A stretch of DNA of 43,268 nucleotides, filler included, from Jimgerdemannia flammicorona (taxonomy: Eukaryota): assembly GCA_003990765.1 (NCBI GenBank). It is 2 parts of 2 records of this genome, joined end to end, with 100 filler letters (N's around TTAATTAATTAA, not from the genome) between each part and the next. Parts side by side here need not be neighbours in the genome. Positions count along the whole stretch, not along the records: positions 1 to 21,592 come from RBNJ01001424.1; 1 more part is not named here. The stretch is one strand, 5' to 3'. The notes below the pieces were generated by a model. That model ran no database searches. It worked only from the letters and a program-made list of their open reading frames with translations, and was not told where the DNA came from. Below, piece by piece: positions 1-13,319 of the stretch. The stretch's first letter is position 1; the number at the start of each line of letters is the position of its first letter. Made by a program: the position numbers and the translations under genes.

Positions 1-40
1 TTTTTTTTTTTTTTTTTTTGACCTTGGACTCCATCTTTAT

Positions 41-3000
41 TACCAGTCTATGAATAAGTATACAATATCACCACCCACTATCCGATCCCCATTGGGGGGC
101 CCCTCCCCACCTCTTCACGTATAAAGACCATCCTCTCACCAATAACTCCAACTCTCCCACCACTCTGACCACAGATTTTCACCACCAAGCAGTACCTCTG
201 ACCCCTCTGCAGCCCCCAGCCAAGCCACCAGCCTGTCAAGGTATCCTCTATAAGGCACTGCCACTATGACAACTGGCTCCCCAAGCTCTGTCGCCTCTCC
301 TCCTCAAATACAAATAGCCAGTGACTGGCCAGCCCAACCCAAATAGCCAATGCCTAGCCTAAAGTAATCCACTCCTCTCCTACCCCTCCAACCAATCGAT
401 CCCTCAGGTCCTCCCACCTTCTCTATACATTGTCACCCCTATGCCTCACCCCCAATCAGTCCCCAATGGCCTGCCAAAAGTCTCCCAATACCTCACACTC
501 CCCTAGCCAATATTCTGGTATCTGTACAAATTCTCCTTCCTGCCCTACATTAAGACACTCCTTGTAGTCAAAGCAGCCCCCTACGATAAGGTGTCCTGAG
601 CAGAAGTTAAGCATCACATTCCTCCTCAACATGCACCACTAGACCACTCAATACTTTGGCAGCATCCAATTTTTCACTGCGACACTCTAGGTCCAAACCC
701 CATGCCAGTCCCACTCCTCACCAATTCCAACTCCTTGCCAACCACTAGGCTACAGATCCTGGCCTGGTCCCCTTTGGTATTCAATTTCATCACCAATGTT
801 GAACTCAAGTAAAGGCATGCCTCCCAGAAGAATGCCATTCCATCTCCATATTGCCGGGCCCCAAGCCCTCTCCCCCTCATCCCCTTGTCAGCAAATACCA
901 ATGCAGTGTGCCCCCTCAGCTATTCTCTACCAGAAGTCTTTATATCTCAGTTGTGCAGTGTTCTGAAGCCCAACTAATGAAAGAAGATCACCAGTCAAGC
1001 CTCTTGGTGATGACTACCTCTCCCAGACCTTCTGCAGCAGGGGAACTCAGCCCCCTCTATGCAACTCCACCGCCCTCTTAAGCCACCATGTCCTCAAGCA
1101 GTGTAGTCATTTGGGGAAGTCCACCAGCTCCAGATCACCTCTCGCCACCAGTAGGGACAAAGTCTCCCAATCAATCTGACTCTGTCTGCCAGCCCAAATC
1201 TATCTCTTGGCCACCTTCACTAATCTCTTCACCACCCAAGCTGGGAAGTCCAGATGATAAGCCAAATACCACAGCTTTGGCAGCCAGTATACATTCAAAA
1301 TTGAGATCCTTCCTGCCAGAGAGAAGTGTCTTCCCTCCCAACCCTGCAGGGCCTCCTCCCAAATTCCAATCCTCTGCTCCCACCACAGCCTGGGCAGAAC
1401 AGACCCATAGACTGACAAATAGATACCCAAGTACCACACTGCCTCTCCAGTGGGGACAATTGTTCCAATAACCTCTCCGCCCACCGGGCCATTGCCCAGC
1501 ACCATTGTTTTGCACTTGTGCCAATTCAGCTTTGCCCCAGAGTTCTCCTCATACCACTCCACTGTCTTCTTGAGCTTCTCGACATCAGCAGTCACTTCCA
1601 AACCAACCACTATGTCATCTGCAAAGGCTCCAACTTTCCAGCCAACTCCATAGATAGAGAGCCCCACTATCCTCTGCTGAATCCTATCCATTAGAGGTTC
1701 CAAAGAAAGAGCATACAAAATGGGGGACAGTGGGTCCCCCTGGGGCACTCCTCTACTCAGAGGGAATGCTACCCCTCTATACCCATTACACACAAGCACA
1801 GCCCTACTCCTTTCCAATAGGCTGATCATCGCCAACCAAAATGGGACCAGAACTCCAATTTTATCTAATACTTTTGCCAGCTAGACTCGCCGCACCTGGT
1901 CATAAGCCTTCTCCTGGTCCAAGAAGACAAGATGCCCATCCAGTCCACAGGCTTGAGCACCTTCAATAACTCCATGTACCCAGGCTATGCCATCTCTAAT
2001 AAGCCAATCCCCTATGAAGCCCCTCTGCTCAACACCCACAATTTGCTAGGCTACCTTCTATAGTCTTGCGACCACCACCTTAGTCACCAACTTTCTGTCC
2101 ATATCTAGCAACATTATCAGCTGCCAGTTCTTCCAATCCTTGTGCCTTCCTTTGTTCTTATAAAGCAGCGTCACCAGCCCAAGATCCTGCTCCCCCACCC
2201 ATCTTCCTGACTGTAATATAAAGTCACACAGTGCTGTTAACTCCCCCAATATGCCTGGGACTTCAACCATTCGCTTCCAGAAGTCCCAGGGGAGTCCATC
2301 CTCTCCAGGTGCCATACCCGAAGTTGTCGTGGCAAGAACCTGGTGGATCTCATCCTCCTTTACAGGCATTACCAGGTCACCTAATCCCTCAGCTTGTGGT
2401 GGGTACCAATCTTCCAATGTTTGGTCAATGGCTGTAGCATCCACCCCACCCTCCTCCTCACTCTACAATCCACTCCATCTCGCCTTCAGCATTCCAAGAA
2501 TATCCTGTACACCATGCACTAGTATACCATCCAAGTCAAGTACCCCTTCTCACCACTGCTGTACCCTTCTTGCTTGAAGTGTCTTCATGAGAAACTTGGA
2601 AGGCCTCTCCCCTTCCTCCAGCCCCTGCCAAACGAAGCTGTGCCACCAGGCCTTGCATCCTTGACTCTTCCTCTTCCCACAGCACCTGTTGTAGTTCCCC
2701 AACCTCCATCTTCACCCTTGTTATTCTCCAATCCTCTTCTCCCTCTACTACTGCTAGTCTCGCCCACTCCTCCAGGAGCCTAGCCAATCTAGTAGAAGCC
2801 CAATGCACTCTCTGCCTTCACTGCCTCCCAGCCACTCTGCCAGCCTCACTTCAGTATATCCTGGCCATCTCTTTTATCCTTATCCACTGAACCCCAATTG
2901 CAGCCCCTTCCTGCTGCCAATTCTCTACCTTCAGCTGAATGTCTTTTGCCCACTCCTCCCACCGGGACTCATCATCCAACAAGGAGGAATTTAGGCACCA

Positions 3001-3762
3001 ATGTCCAGACCCATCACCACTTCCCCCAAAACACCCCTATCTCAAAAGGCCCCAGTGATCTGACCACAGACACCATTCTACCTCTAGCATCTTCTAAACA
3101 TTGTGGCCCCAACAGTTGGCCATCAGAATCCAGTCAATCCTTGTCCCCAGACCTCTAGCCCAATGCGTATATATCCTCTTGTCCCCCCAGTACTCCCTAC
3201 CTGTATCCACCAGTGCTCCTAGCCTTTTGACCTTCTCTCACATCGCCAGCCCCCCACTCCTGCTCTCAGCACTCCATCTACCATCAGTTCTATCCAGCCA
3301 TATATCCCAAACCATATTGAAATCTCCTCCAAGCATATCCAACCCAGCTTCAGCAAGGATCCTACTCTCCAGGAGCCCTTTCACCCAATCCACATGCTCC
3401 CCCCACACAGCAGGGCAGTAACAGGAGCTAACTGTGACTGGCTCCCAACCTGCATGAATCCACTCACCCTAGACCAGTCTCTCCCCCCAGCTCCTCACAT
3501 CCCTTATCTCCCCTCTGCCTTTCCGAACCAGAATCCTGACCTTGCTGTTCCAAATCACCATGCCACCCCATTCCTTAGTCTATTCCATCCTATCAGAGTC
3601 ATTCTCACATCTGACATCCTGCAAGAGGAAGAGATCGGCCTCCAATTCCTTCAACCAAATAAAAATATTCCTGCATCTACCTGCACCCCTTAGCCCATTC
3701 ATGTTCAAAGAAAAAATGTTGGTTGTACTGTTTATAATAAAATACAGTTTGTTCACAATCAA
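41..3762 (-). pseudogene. LINE ORF2: APE endonuclease + reverse transcriptase + C-terminal region, with many stops and frameshifts
   Basis: APE motif I FSLNMNGLRG...DLFLLQD (3580-3762). RT motifs APGEDGLP, KNWQLIMLLDMDRK, DQEKAYD, GVPQGDPLSPILY, AFADD, YLGI, LSLAGRISILN. Confidence 0.93.
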
Positions 3763-3765
3763 TCT

Positions 3766-5787
3766 CTACTGCTCCATGCCCATCTCCTCCTGTGCCATGT
3801 CCAAATTATGTTCAGCCATCACCTCCTCCTCTTCAGCCCTCTGAGCCTCTAGTCCAGCCAACAGCTCATTCATCTCCTCATCAGCCTTCTTCTCAAACTC
3901 CTCTTGGTACTTGATGCAAGCCTCCTGCCAAAGCTGCAACCCATGATGCCTGTTCCAACAGTACTCAGCCTTCTCCCCAGCGACAACCACCAACTCTGCC
4001 TCCCTCTCCTTGTCTACCTCATACCCTTCCTCCTCCAGATATACCGCGAGAATTTCCACGTTCAATGCCATCACTACTCCTTCCCCCTGCAAAATTCTTG
4101 TCCAGTGCTCATCCCCCATCCCACACAAGTCCACCTTCCCCAGCTCTTCTGCCGCCAGGTTATTCATCATCTGACACATCCACAGTAGGTTCCCCACCTC
4201 CTTCCCACCAGGGGTTGCCAGCCTCCCTCCATCCAGTATCGTGGTATCAGCTCTGGCACTTGCGTCCTCATCCCACACCTCCGGGACATCCACCAGTTCC
4301 TCCTCTCCGGCTGCCACTACTTGGTCCCCATTCATTACCTCCGGAATGCTGAATTTCACCTGCTGTGTCCCCAGCATCATCATGTCCTCCCCAGACTTAT
4401 TCCTGGAAGCCGGGCCATGCCTGATAAGAGGAGAAGGGGTGGGGGAGTTCTCCCAGACTTCATCCCAAACCTCCAAGGTGCCTTCTGCATATGGGTTGCT
4501 AATCTTCACCTCTTTTGCCTTCCCTGTCTTTGCCCCATTGTTCCCACTCCTCTCACCAGCCCAGACACTTGCTCCAGCCCCTTCTGTACCCATCTTCATG
4601 CTCTCATCCTTCCATGGTCCACCCCCAAGTTTAGCCAGCAGATCCTTCTGCCTCTTCCACCCCTGAGCCCTTTCTCACTGCACCTTGTCCACTCGAATCC
4701 TCTTTCCATCCACCACCTCCAGGTGTGTCAACTCCTCGAAAGTCTTCCAGGCCTTAGCTTGCTACTCCACAGCCCCATCCAGTTCTTCCAGCACTTCCAA
4801 CAAATCTTCCTCCTCTTCTTCACTTCCTTTCACCCATGTCACCTTGTATAGGAACACTCCCCAAACCATCACTGAAGGCCAGTCCCTCACCTTCCCAGTA
4901 GCCTCTTTCCCAGCCAGCCGAATCCTCACATCCACGTCCCCAGTCCTGAGTGTGGTCTCTTCCCAGACCCTGAATCTGATATCTACTACCTCTCCATACT
5001 CCACCATGATATCCTCCACTCTCTTCCTCATCTCCATCACTGTCACCATGGGTACTCCTTTCACCAGCAGTTGGACCACCCTCGGATCCCATTTCAAACA
5101 CCTCACCATCAGAACATACACCTCCCCAACCACTAACCCAACCTTCAGTGCCTCCTCCAGCAGTTCAACCTCCTCAAAACCCACCTCCAACCCCTCTAGT
5201 TCCTTCAGAAACTTCACCAAAGCTACTTCTGCCACCTGCTTAGCAATAAGCCCCAACACCATTTTTGCCATCACCACTAAGCTTCTGAAGCACAGTGTGA
5301 CCATGAATGCCGAGATTGACTTCTTGAGTAATGGAGCCACCACCAGTCCCATTACACCATCTGCCAGGTCCCTGGGCCTCATGTCCTTCCCACTGCTCAG
5401 CTCACCATCAGCAGTCCCATCTAGATTTTTTTCCAGATCACCTGTCATACCCCCATCAGCAGTCTCTGCCCTAGCTGCTACCCCACCAGCTCCACCTCTA
5501 TGGCCCTCCTGAGAGGTACCCTCAAGAGGTTGCTACCTGGTAGCCTTCACCGGTACCTTCCCCCCTCTCAGCCAGCTCTCCAGTCCAGCTCCCTGCCAAT
5601 CCCCCTTCACCTTCTCTGCAAAGCTCACCCTGCCGGACCCTTAACCTCCAGCTCTGCCCCCTCCTCCATCGCAGCCTCCTGCCAGCAGGCCCCTCATACT
5701 ACCCCCCAAGCCGGGGCCTCTCTCCACTTGCTATCATTCAAATGCTCCTGGACCACCCTGCCCAGTATACACCTCAGGATACTCATT
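3766..5787 (-). pseudogene. LINE ORF1 (RRM-like, acidic C-terminus), interrupted
   Basis: N-terminal GRVSFAEKVKG and Tx1-type RRM-like segment VQLLVKGVP...YGEVVDIRFRVWEETTLRTGDVDVRIRL (4762-5448). Continues past a CAG>TAG-type stop and ends at 3766, just before ORF2. Confidence 0.8.
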
Positions 5788-6927
5788 GGTCACTATGATA
5801 CTAGTAGCTTTTCTCCAGAAACTGTGTTGAAAGTATTGCTAAAAGATTGTGTAACCTGAATGTTACTGGAGAAAGGTCAGTTCTGAAAAACATTATATAT
5901 ATATAAATAATACCAAAAATAGAACTAGACCAATAATAGTTATGTGTGAGTATATGATTATTATTTATAAGTTTAAAACTCTAAAAATTATCAGTACTCA
6001 AAGATGCAGACATTAGGCCTAGAATCTTGTAACTGAAGTAGAGTAAAGTCTTAACACTAGAGTGAGTGAAACAAGTAGAGGTAGACAGGTATTACAGAGT
6101 ATAGATATATAGATGTCAGGTCTAGAGCCTTGTGCCAGAGATTATCTGATGATTTTTCACATTTTTAAATATCATATAGTACATATAGATAGTATGGCCT
6201 CAAGAAGAACTTAGAGCAAAACCAGTATTTAAGACAGTATTAAGAATGATAAAACTATTCTTTTGGGTAATGATAGGTTATCAGGCAGTCCCAGAGAAAC
6301 CAAAATAAAGTAAGGTAGTATATAGGGTCTTATCAGACTATTGATATAGCTATTAGGCTATATTATATTAGATGACAAGCAATGGAGGAAGAAAAGCAGA
6401 GTAGGGGATAGGAGGGTGGAAGAAAGGGAGAGAGGTTAAAAGTGAAGTTTGAACCTCAAGCCAATTAACCAAACTCAATTGAGCAATTAAATATCAATAG
6501 GATATTCTTTCCTATAAATCAGAAATTTAGCTAAAAGCCAATACTCATCTAACTAATCATGATAAGATGAGCAGAGTAGCAATAAACAGCAAGCCTCATT
6601 TATAATATATAGATATAGTGTCTTTCTAGGATGATTGCTCAACTAATTAACAAACTGTGTACTATGTAGAAACTTGGTAAAATAGCCTATACAGAATGGT
6701 GCAACTCAAATTTCCAAGTCTAAGTAATGGTATAGTTCAGTAGACAAGACTTCTTATTCAATACAATGATACAGGGAATATATAGTACCAAAAATTGAGG
6801 CCAAGTCTATGATTACAGATGTAAAGACAATCAAGTTTTCAATAAATTAGTAGAACTTTAGCCTAGTAGCAATAGCTCAGCTGAGTAAATGATCAGATAC
6901 TTGTAAAGTATGTAACTTATGAGTAGT

Positions 6928-7698
6928 TGTAATAACTCTCACTTCTACCTCTCTCTTATCCTTTGGATAATTAGGGAAGTGGACTATTACTTAGAGACTT
7001 AGTATATAATGTGTACCAAGAAGCCTTCAGTTTGAGGAAGTGCTCACTTTAAGTAGTTATAGTGGTAGTGTCTTCTGTTTCAAAGGTCTTTCTCTTGTAC
7101 CCTATTTCAAGGGTCTTGTTCTTTGCTGTGCACAGACTGAATTCGCCTTGGAATTCAGGTTCAATGGGTTTACTTAAGTCTTTGGGGATTTATATACCAG
7201 TCTCAGTTCTGGCAGAAGTTAGCTAGGCTTCTGGAGTTTAGTCAAAAACACTAGAGTCACTTAGGTATCATTACTAAGACTCAGGGGAATGTATGTGTGT
7301 GGGGGGGACTTGATTCTTGTATCAAGGACTGAACTAAAACTGCTTTATTTCAGATGGAAACTAGGGGGTATTTATACAAGTTAGTCTGCGATTTCTGACT
7401 AAGTATGAGTGACTAATTTGGTAACTATAATGAGATTTGTGATTGTGACCTTTGTCAGGTGGTTTTTGGCTTGTGATCAGGATCTCAATTACTAGGCAAT
7501 GATCAGCTACTGTGGTAATAGTTGCTGTGGCACCGATTGTTGGGGATAAGCTGGATATTATTTTCCATGTCATTTCATATCATTCATCATTCATAATTCA
7601 TATGTCATGCTTTGTTTGTATGATGACGTCATTGCTGCTGGGTCACATGATCACTCGTCTCATTGCATCTCATCTGTTCACTCATTCATTTTATTATA
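6928..7698 (-). repeat. 3' LTR (771 bp)
   Basis: Direct repeat of 15279-16060. Inner end TATTATA (CA>TA), adjacent to the polypurine tract. Confidence 0.95.
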
Positions 7699-7710
7699 TC
7701 CTTCCTCCTT
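7699..7710 (-). other. Polypurine tract (PPT)
   Basis: AAGGAGGAAGGA on minus immediately before the 3' LTR. Confidence 0.85.
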
Positions 7711-8563
7711 AGAAATCAACATCCTCATTGATTCAGAAATTGAGAATCAGAGGAGAGAAAGGTGGAGAATCCTCCTCAAGGTTGTTGGCATCTTCTTCAG
7801 TAGCTAGGGGGGTGGTGGTTGCTGATGGCTCACTGTCCAGGATGGAGAAGTCAATGAGGTCTACAAATAGTTCTTGCATTGGGATAGGTGTTGGTATAGG
7901 GGTTCTCCATCTGATGTGGTTGGGACCATCTAAGTAAGGTTCTTGATCCTCATGCCTGAGAATATCCATTCAGATAGATAGTCCTTCAAAGAGGTCAGAG
8001 AGACCTTGGAGCCATTGGTCTGGGTTGTCATTCAGGAGGGGGCTCTAGTGAGACTCAATATCAGTAGACTTGAGGACAATCCAGAAGTTGGCTTCTTGGG
8101 CAATCTTGATTTCTAGGGCATCAACCTTAGGGAAAGAGAGGTTCTGGAAGTCCTTCAGTTATATGTAGTTGAGGTTGGGGATTGCAAAGAGTGTATGGCA
8201 CATGATTTGATGGACCTTCTTGGCAAGTCTTTGCTCATGTCTGTCCAAGTGGGTCCAGTCAGAGACTTGGTCAGTGGGGAGGCCATTTGTATGTTGGAGA
8301 AGCTGGTGACTAATTTTATATTCATGTCAGATCTCTAAGTGGCTGATGGCAAGGTAGGCCCTTTCAATAAGTTCATGGTGGTCAAGGACATACTGTCCTA
8401 GGTCCAGGCTGGAGAGGTTAAGGGCCTCTGAGCAGCAGTTCCTTCCTTGGATAGCAACCTAGATGTGTCTAAAGAGGCGGTTAACCTGGCTTGGGAGGGG
8501 CTGGCTATGGTGGGCAGTTTGGTGGCAGGTAGCTTGATGGCAGATAGCAAGTATTCTTATCAT
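7709..8563 (-). pseudogene. Extra ~285-codon ORF of unknown function between chromodomain and 3' LTR
   Basis: One frame from ATG 8563 (MIRILAICHQ...) through MDILRHEDQ... to INEDVDF*. No frameshifts, and all internal stops (TAG/TGA/TAA) are explicable as C>T. Confidence 0.7.
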
Positions 8564-9253
8564 ATCTTTTCTTTGTGAGAAGAGGGGGATGAGAGTTGTG
8601 GGATATTCTTGTCTTGAGTATTTATACTTATTCACTCATCTGGTGTGACCTTCCTTTGGTCATGCTTTCCTAGCAAAATGTATGACCTGTGCTATGTATA
8701 AGCAGAGCATGTGCTGGTTATATGAGAAAATCCTGATTTCAAAGATATTATTACTCACAGTTGTGGTTACACAGGGTTAATAGGTCTTAGTCCACTTTTT
8801 TTTTGTCTGGTTGGCACATTTGCAAGGACTGGCCATTCTTGTCTAGGGTGAGGGCTCTCATTATTGTAGCTGGGGGTTCAAACCTCTCAGAAATAGACTT
8901 TTCTTGTAATCTGAGGCAATTCCTAATAACAATATCTGTTATATAGATAGACTTAGACTGGTTTCAACATTGTCAGCTTTCCTAAGTTCCACATGAAGCA
9001 TCTATCATCATCCAGCAGAGATGATACAGATGGCATGAAATGGAGTTGTTCAAATGTGTTTTGCTGTACTATACTAAATTGTCCTTTGGCTAGAGCATCC
9101 TCTTGTTGGTTATCCATAGTGTTCCTTTTTTTGCAATATTTGGTATTATATATTTCTGGATAAATTATGTAGTATCCTTCTGCTCACTATGTGCTCCAAT
9201 ACTTAGAGCTGTAGTTCTTTCCTTTGCTGGGGAGTGAGTGTTTCCATATAGTC

Positions 9254-9415
9254 CTAGAGAGCTTCGTGTGCATTCTTCAGGGCTTCTTCTTTTTCCCAGG
9301 TGGCATCATGGGTGGGGTAACCCTTCCACTTGATCAGGAAAAACCACTTGACTGTTTTGGGATACTTGCAGACCTTGTGGTCAAGTACTTCCTCAATTTC
9401 GAATTCCTCATGATC
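9254..9415 (-). other. Integrase C-terminal chromodomain
   Basis: EEFEIEEVLDHK...FLIKWKGYPTHDATWEKEEAL. Confidence 0.93.
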
Positions 9416-12400
9416 ATTGATCCTAATTAGAGATGGTGGTGGAACTGTATGCTCAGGGAATGGGTTTTCATAGTAGTCTACCAATTGGCTGATATGGAAT
9501 ACTGGGTGTACTTAGATATTGTGGGGAAGTTGCAACTTGTAGTCGACTTTGCTGATTTTTTCTACAATCTTGTATGGTCCAATTCTTCTAGCATGAAGTT
9601 TCTTGGCTGGTTGTTATACTAGGGTGTCTGAGTAGAGGTGGTCTGTTCTAAGCATGACCATGTCACCAATGTTATAGGAGACTTCTCTTTGCTTCAAGTT
9701 TGCATACTTGGTCTGGTAGTCTTGTGCTTTTATGAGAGTATCTCTTGTCATTTGCATAAGGTCAGAAATGGTCTCAGCCAGATCTTGGGCTGCTGGGACT
9801 GCTGATTTCATGGTAGTACTATGGTTCAGGAAAAATAGAGTCTTCTTTGTAGAGGTTTGTTGACTATTGTTGTAGGCAAACTCGGCATGAGCAAGGTACT
9901 TGTCCCAATCATTTTGCTTATAGCAGCAGAAGATGCTAAGTATCTATTTAAGAGTTCTGTTGGTTTACTCAGTTTGACTATCAGTCTGAGGGTAGTAGGC
10001 AGTAGAGAACTTCAGCTTGGTGCCATGGAGAGAGAAGAATGCCTTCCAGAAGTTGCTTGTAAACTTGGCATCTCAGTCAGGTACAATAGTACTAGGCATG
10101 CTATATAGCCTGAATATTTGATTAAGGAAAATCTTAGCAATCTCTAGTACTGTAGCAGTGGTCTTGGTGGGTACAAAGTGGGCTTGTTTGCTTAGGCAGT
10201 CTACAAATACCATGATGGCATTCCATCCTGTCTTGGTCTTGGGGAGTTGGACAATGAAGTCCATTGCAATCTGATCCCAGTTGTGACTCAGGATAGATAG
10301 CAGTTGTAGGAGTCCTGCTGGTAGCTTGTTACCACTTTTGAACCTTTGGTACATCTTGCAAGAAGCCACAAAGTCTTTGATGTCCTTGGTCATCTTTGAC
10401 CAGTAGAATTCTCTTGAGAGGAGGTTGTAGGTCTTTTCAAAACCAAAGTGTTCTGCTGCAGGAATATCATGGAGTTCCTGTATGATCTTGAGTCGCAGAG
10501 TACATATCATTGTTGGGTATAACTACTCTGTCATAGTCCCTGTAGATAAGTCCATCACAGTAAGTAAATCTTTTGGACATTTGCCTCATGGGTTCTGGGA
10601 CCTCGGCCTCTGGGTCTTGGCAGAAATGGAGGAAATTTATCAGAGGGCTGTCCTGCTGGTAGCCATCCTTGATCATCTGGATCAGGTCTCCAATTATCTT
10701 GACCATGAAGACAAGTTTATCTTCCATATACCTGGAGAAACCATCAGCCACACAGTTGGTTTTGCCTGGGATATATTTGATTTCCATATCAAAGTTGGCA
10801 ATGATTTCCATCCAGCAGGCTTGTCTGTGGATCAGCATGGGCTGTGTGTGAATATACCGCAAGGTATAGTGATCAGTGTAGGCCACAAATGGTTGTCCTA
10901 GGAGGAAATGGCACTATTCCTGGAGTACAGAAACAATGGCCAGGAGTTCCTTCTTATGAGTAGTATACTGGGTCTCAGCTGGCTTGAGCTTTTGGGAAAG
11001 ATAGGCCACTGAGTGGTCTTCTTGGCTGAGCACTGCTCCAATAGCAATATTAGAGGCATCTGTGGTCAGGGTGAATGGCCTGGTAGGGTCAGGTGCAATT
11101 AACACTGGGGCCTCAGTAAGGAGTCTCTTGAGATGGTCCATAGCCTGAGTGTATTCTAGGGTCCATTCAGTTTTGATGTTCACTCCTTTATAGGCCAGGC
11201 TAGTCAATGGAGCTGCAATAGCAGAGTATTCTTAGATAAACCTTCAGTAATAACCAGCAATACCCAGAAAGTGCTGAAGTAGCTTGAGGGTAGTAGGGAT
11301 AGGAATATCCTTGAGGGCTGATACCTTTCAGGGGTCCACATTGATACCTTCAGCAGAGATAATATACCCTAAGTACTCAATCTGATCTTGGTAGAACTTG
11401 CACTTGCTCATTTTGGCATAGAGCTGGTGTTCTCACAGGAGAGTCAGTACTTGTCTGAGGTGGGTGTAGTGTAACTCTACTGTTTCACTGTAGATTAGTA
11501 TATCATCAATATATATAAGAACATAGATGTTGAGGAGTGGTTCAAAGATGTCATTCATCAGATACTGGAATGTTGCTGGTGCATTGGTCAATTCAAAAGG
11601 CATGACTTGGAACTGGTAGTATCCAAACCATATTTAGAAAGCTGTCTTCTCAATGTCCTTCTCATCAATGAGAATCTGGTGGTAGCCATTTCGCAAGTCC
11701 AGTAGAGAAAAGGTCTTAGCCTTGAAGATTTGATGTAGTAACTCATCAATCCTAGGCAAGATATACCAGTTCTTGATGGTGATCTTGTTGAGGGCTCTGT
11801 AGTCAATGCACATTCACAGAGAGCCATTCTTCTTCTTGACAAATAGAATTGAGGCTCCAAATGGAGAGCAGCTGGGTTCAATGTATCCTTGGGCCAGTAG
11901 TTTGGTCAACTCATCCTTGAGGGTCTTGAGTTCAGGTTGGGCCAGTTGATAGATACTCTTGTATAGGGGTTCAGATTCTGGAATAAGATCAATTCTATGT
12001 TGGATTTGGCACTTGGGTGGAAGTCCTTGGGGGTCTTGGAATACATCTTGGAATTCTTCAAACAATTCTTGAGCTTCTGTTAGAACTGAGCTACTTGTAG
12101 CTTCAGTGACTTCTTGTACTGTATAGATAAAGTAGGTATTTTCTTTTTTTCGAGAGAGTCTCTTCATTTGAATGGTAGAGATGATTTCGATTCCTTGGTG
12201 GTTGGTACCTTCCTGGGGTATCAGAGTGATCTTTCTGCCTTCGTGGGTCAGGTTAATCTCATTGGTTCTCCAGTTGATGTCTGGGTTATGCTAGGTCAAC
12301 CAGGCTTTTCCTAGGATGATATCTTGTCTTGGGAGGTCTACAATACTGAAGTCCAACTTCTCTTGATATTTACCAATCTTGAGTAAGAGATCTTTACAGA

Positions 12401-12901
12401 TCTTGGTCAGTGGTGCAGTTTTTCCATTACCAAAGATAACACTTCTTTTCTTGGTGGCTGGTCTGCTTCAGGCTCCAATCCTCTTGGTGGTCTTGGTGCT
12501 GATATAGTTTTCTGTAGCACAACTATCAAGTAAGACATTGACATTCTATCTATGGACTTGGTCTATGAACTTGATACAACTGTCCTCCTTCTTGATGGTG
12601 TTGAGCTCTTTATCCTCATTATTGTTGTCCCAATTACTGTCAGTCTCTTCGAAGTCAGTTTCTCCCTATCCTTCACAAGGAGGTTGTCTTGTTTGGGTAC
12701 CTCAGTCTGTTGGGCTTGGCTTCTTTCAGTGTTGATTTTGAAAACCTTGAAGAGGCATGTATGACATTCACTAACATGTTCCATACAGTACATTCAAATA
12801 GAATGAGAGCATCATCCACATGGTGCATAACTATCTGCAATTCTTTTATACCAGTTTTCATCATCTTTTTTCATAGTAGTGACCTTTTGACTGGGAGATT
12901 T

Positions 12902-13319
12902 ATTGGTAGATCCAAACCCTTTCTTGCCTCAGTCTATCTGAGAGAGTTCAGGGACTTCTTCAAGGGTGAGATCTTGATAGATTTCTTCAATGATTGCTTG
13001 GGCAATTCTTTGGCCTACTTTGACTTCAAATGATGTGTCTCCAAAATTTCACAAGATGACATGGATTTCGCCAGTAAATTCTTGATCAACTACTCCTCCT
13101 CCTAGTCCAATGTTGAACTCTTTGGCCAGGCTGCTTTGCTCAGCAAGGCGGATGTATGTATGTACCTTTGGGAGCTTACATTACAATTTCTGTTTGCACT
13201 GTAGTATTGGTACTTGGTGGGATGGTGAGGTCTTGGCTGCTATAGAGGTCATATCTAGCATCAGTTGGGTGGGTCTTAGTGGAGATGGTAGCCTTGTACC
13301 ATATCTTCTATACTTTGAT
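12902..13319 (-). pseudogene. Trimeric dUTPase domain inside the retrotransposon polyprotein
   Basis: All five motifs appear in order: DARYDLY (I), EQSSLAK (II), GVVDQEFTGEI (III), GQRIAQAII (IV), *GKKGFGSTN (V, TGA from CGA). A 4-bp ACAT duplication near 13155 causes one frameshift. Confidence 0.93.

Larger units (their letters stand above)
1..5790 (-). mobile_element. Non-LTR retrotransposon (L1/Tx1 clade), near full length, decayed; poly(A) tail at 1-19
   Basis: T19 at the window start is poly(A) on minus, with AATAAA at 41-36. ORF2 (APE-RT) and ORF1 are in tandem on minus. The 5' boundary is approximate and no TSD is visible because the window starts inside the tail. Confidence 0.93.

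Noticed and set aside
851..5859. Many Ser/Pro-rich plus-strand ORFs (e.g. 4685-5512, 275 aa)
   Set aside because: Antisense shadows of the purine-rich LINE coding strand.
5791..6922. AT-rich, CpG-free interval between the LINE and the LTR element
   Set aside because: Probably an older decayed repeat or the LINE 5' UTR, but I found no recognisable motif or boundary.
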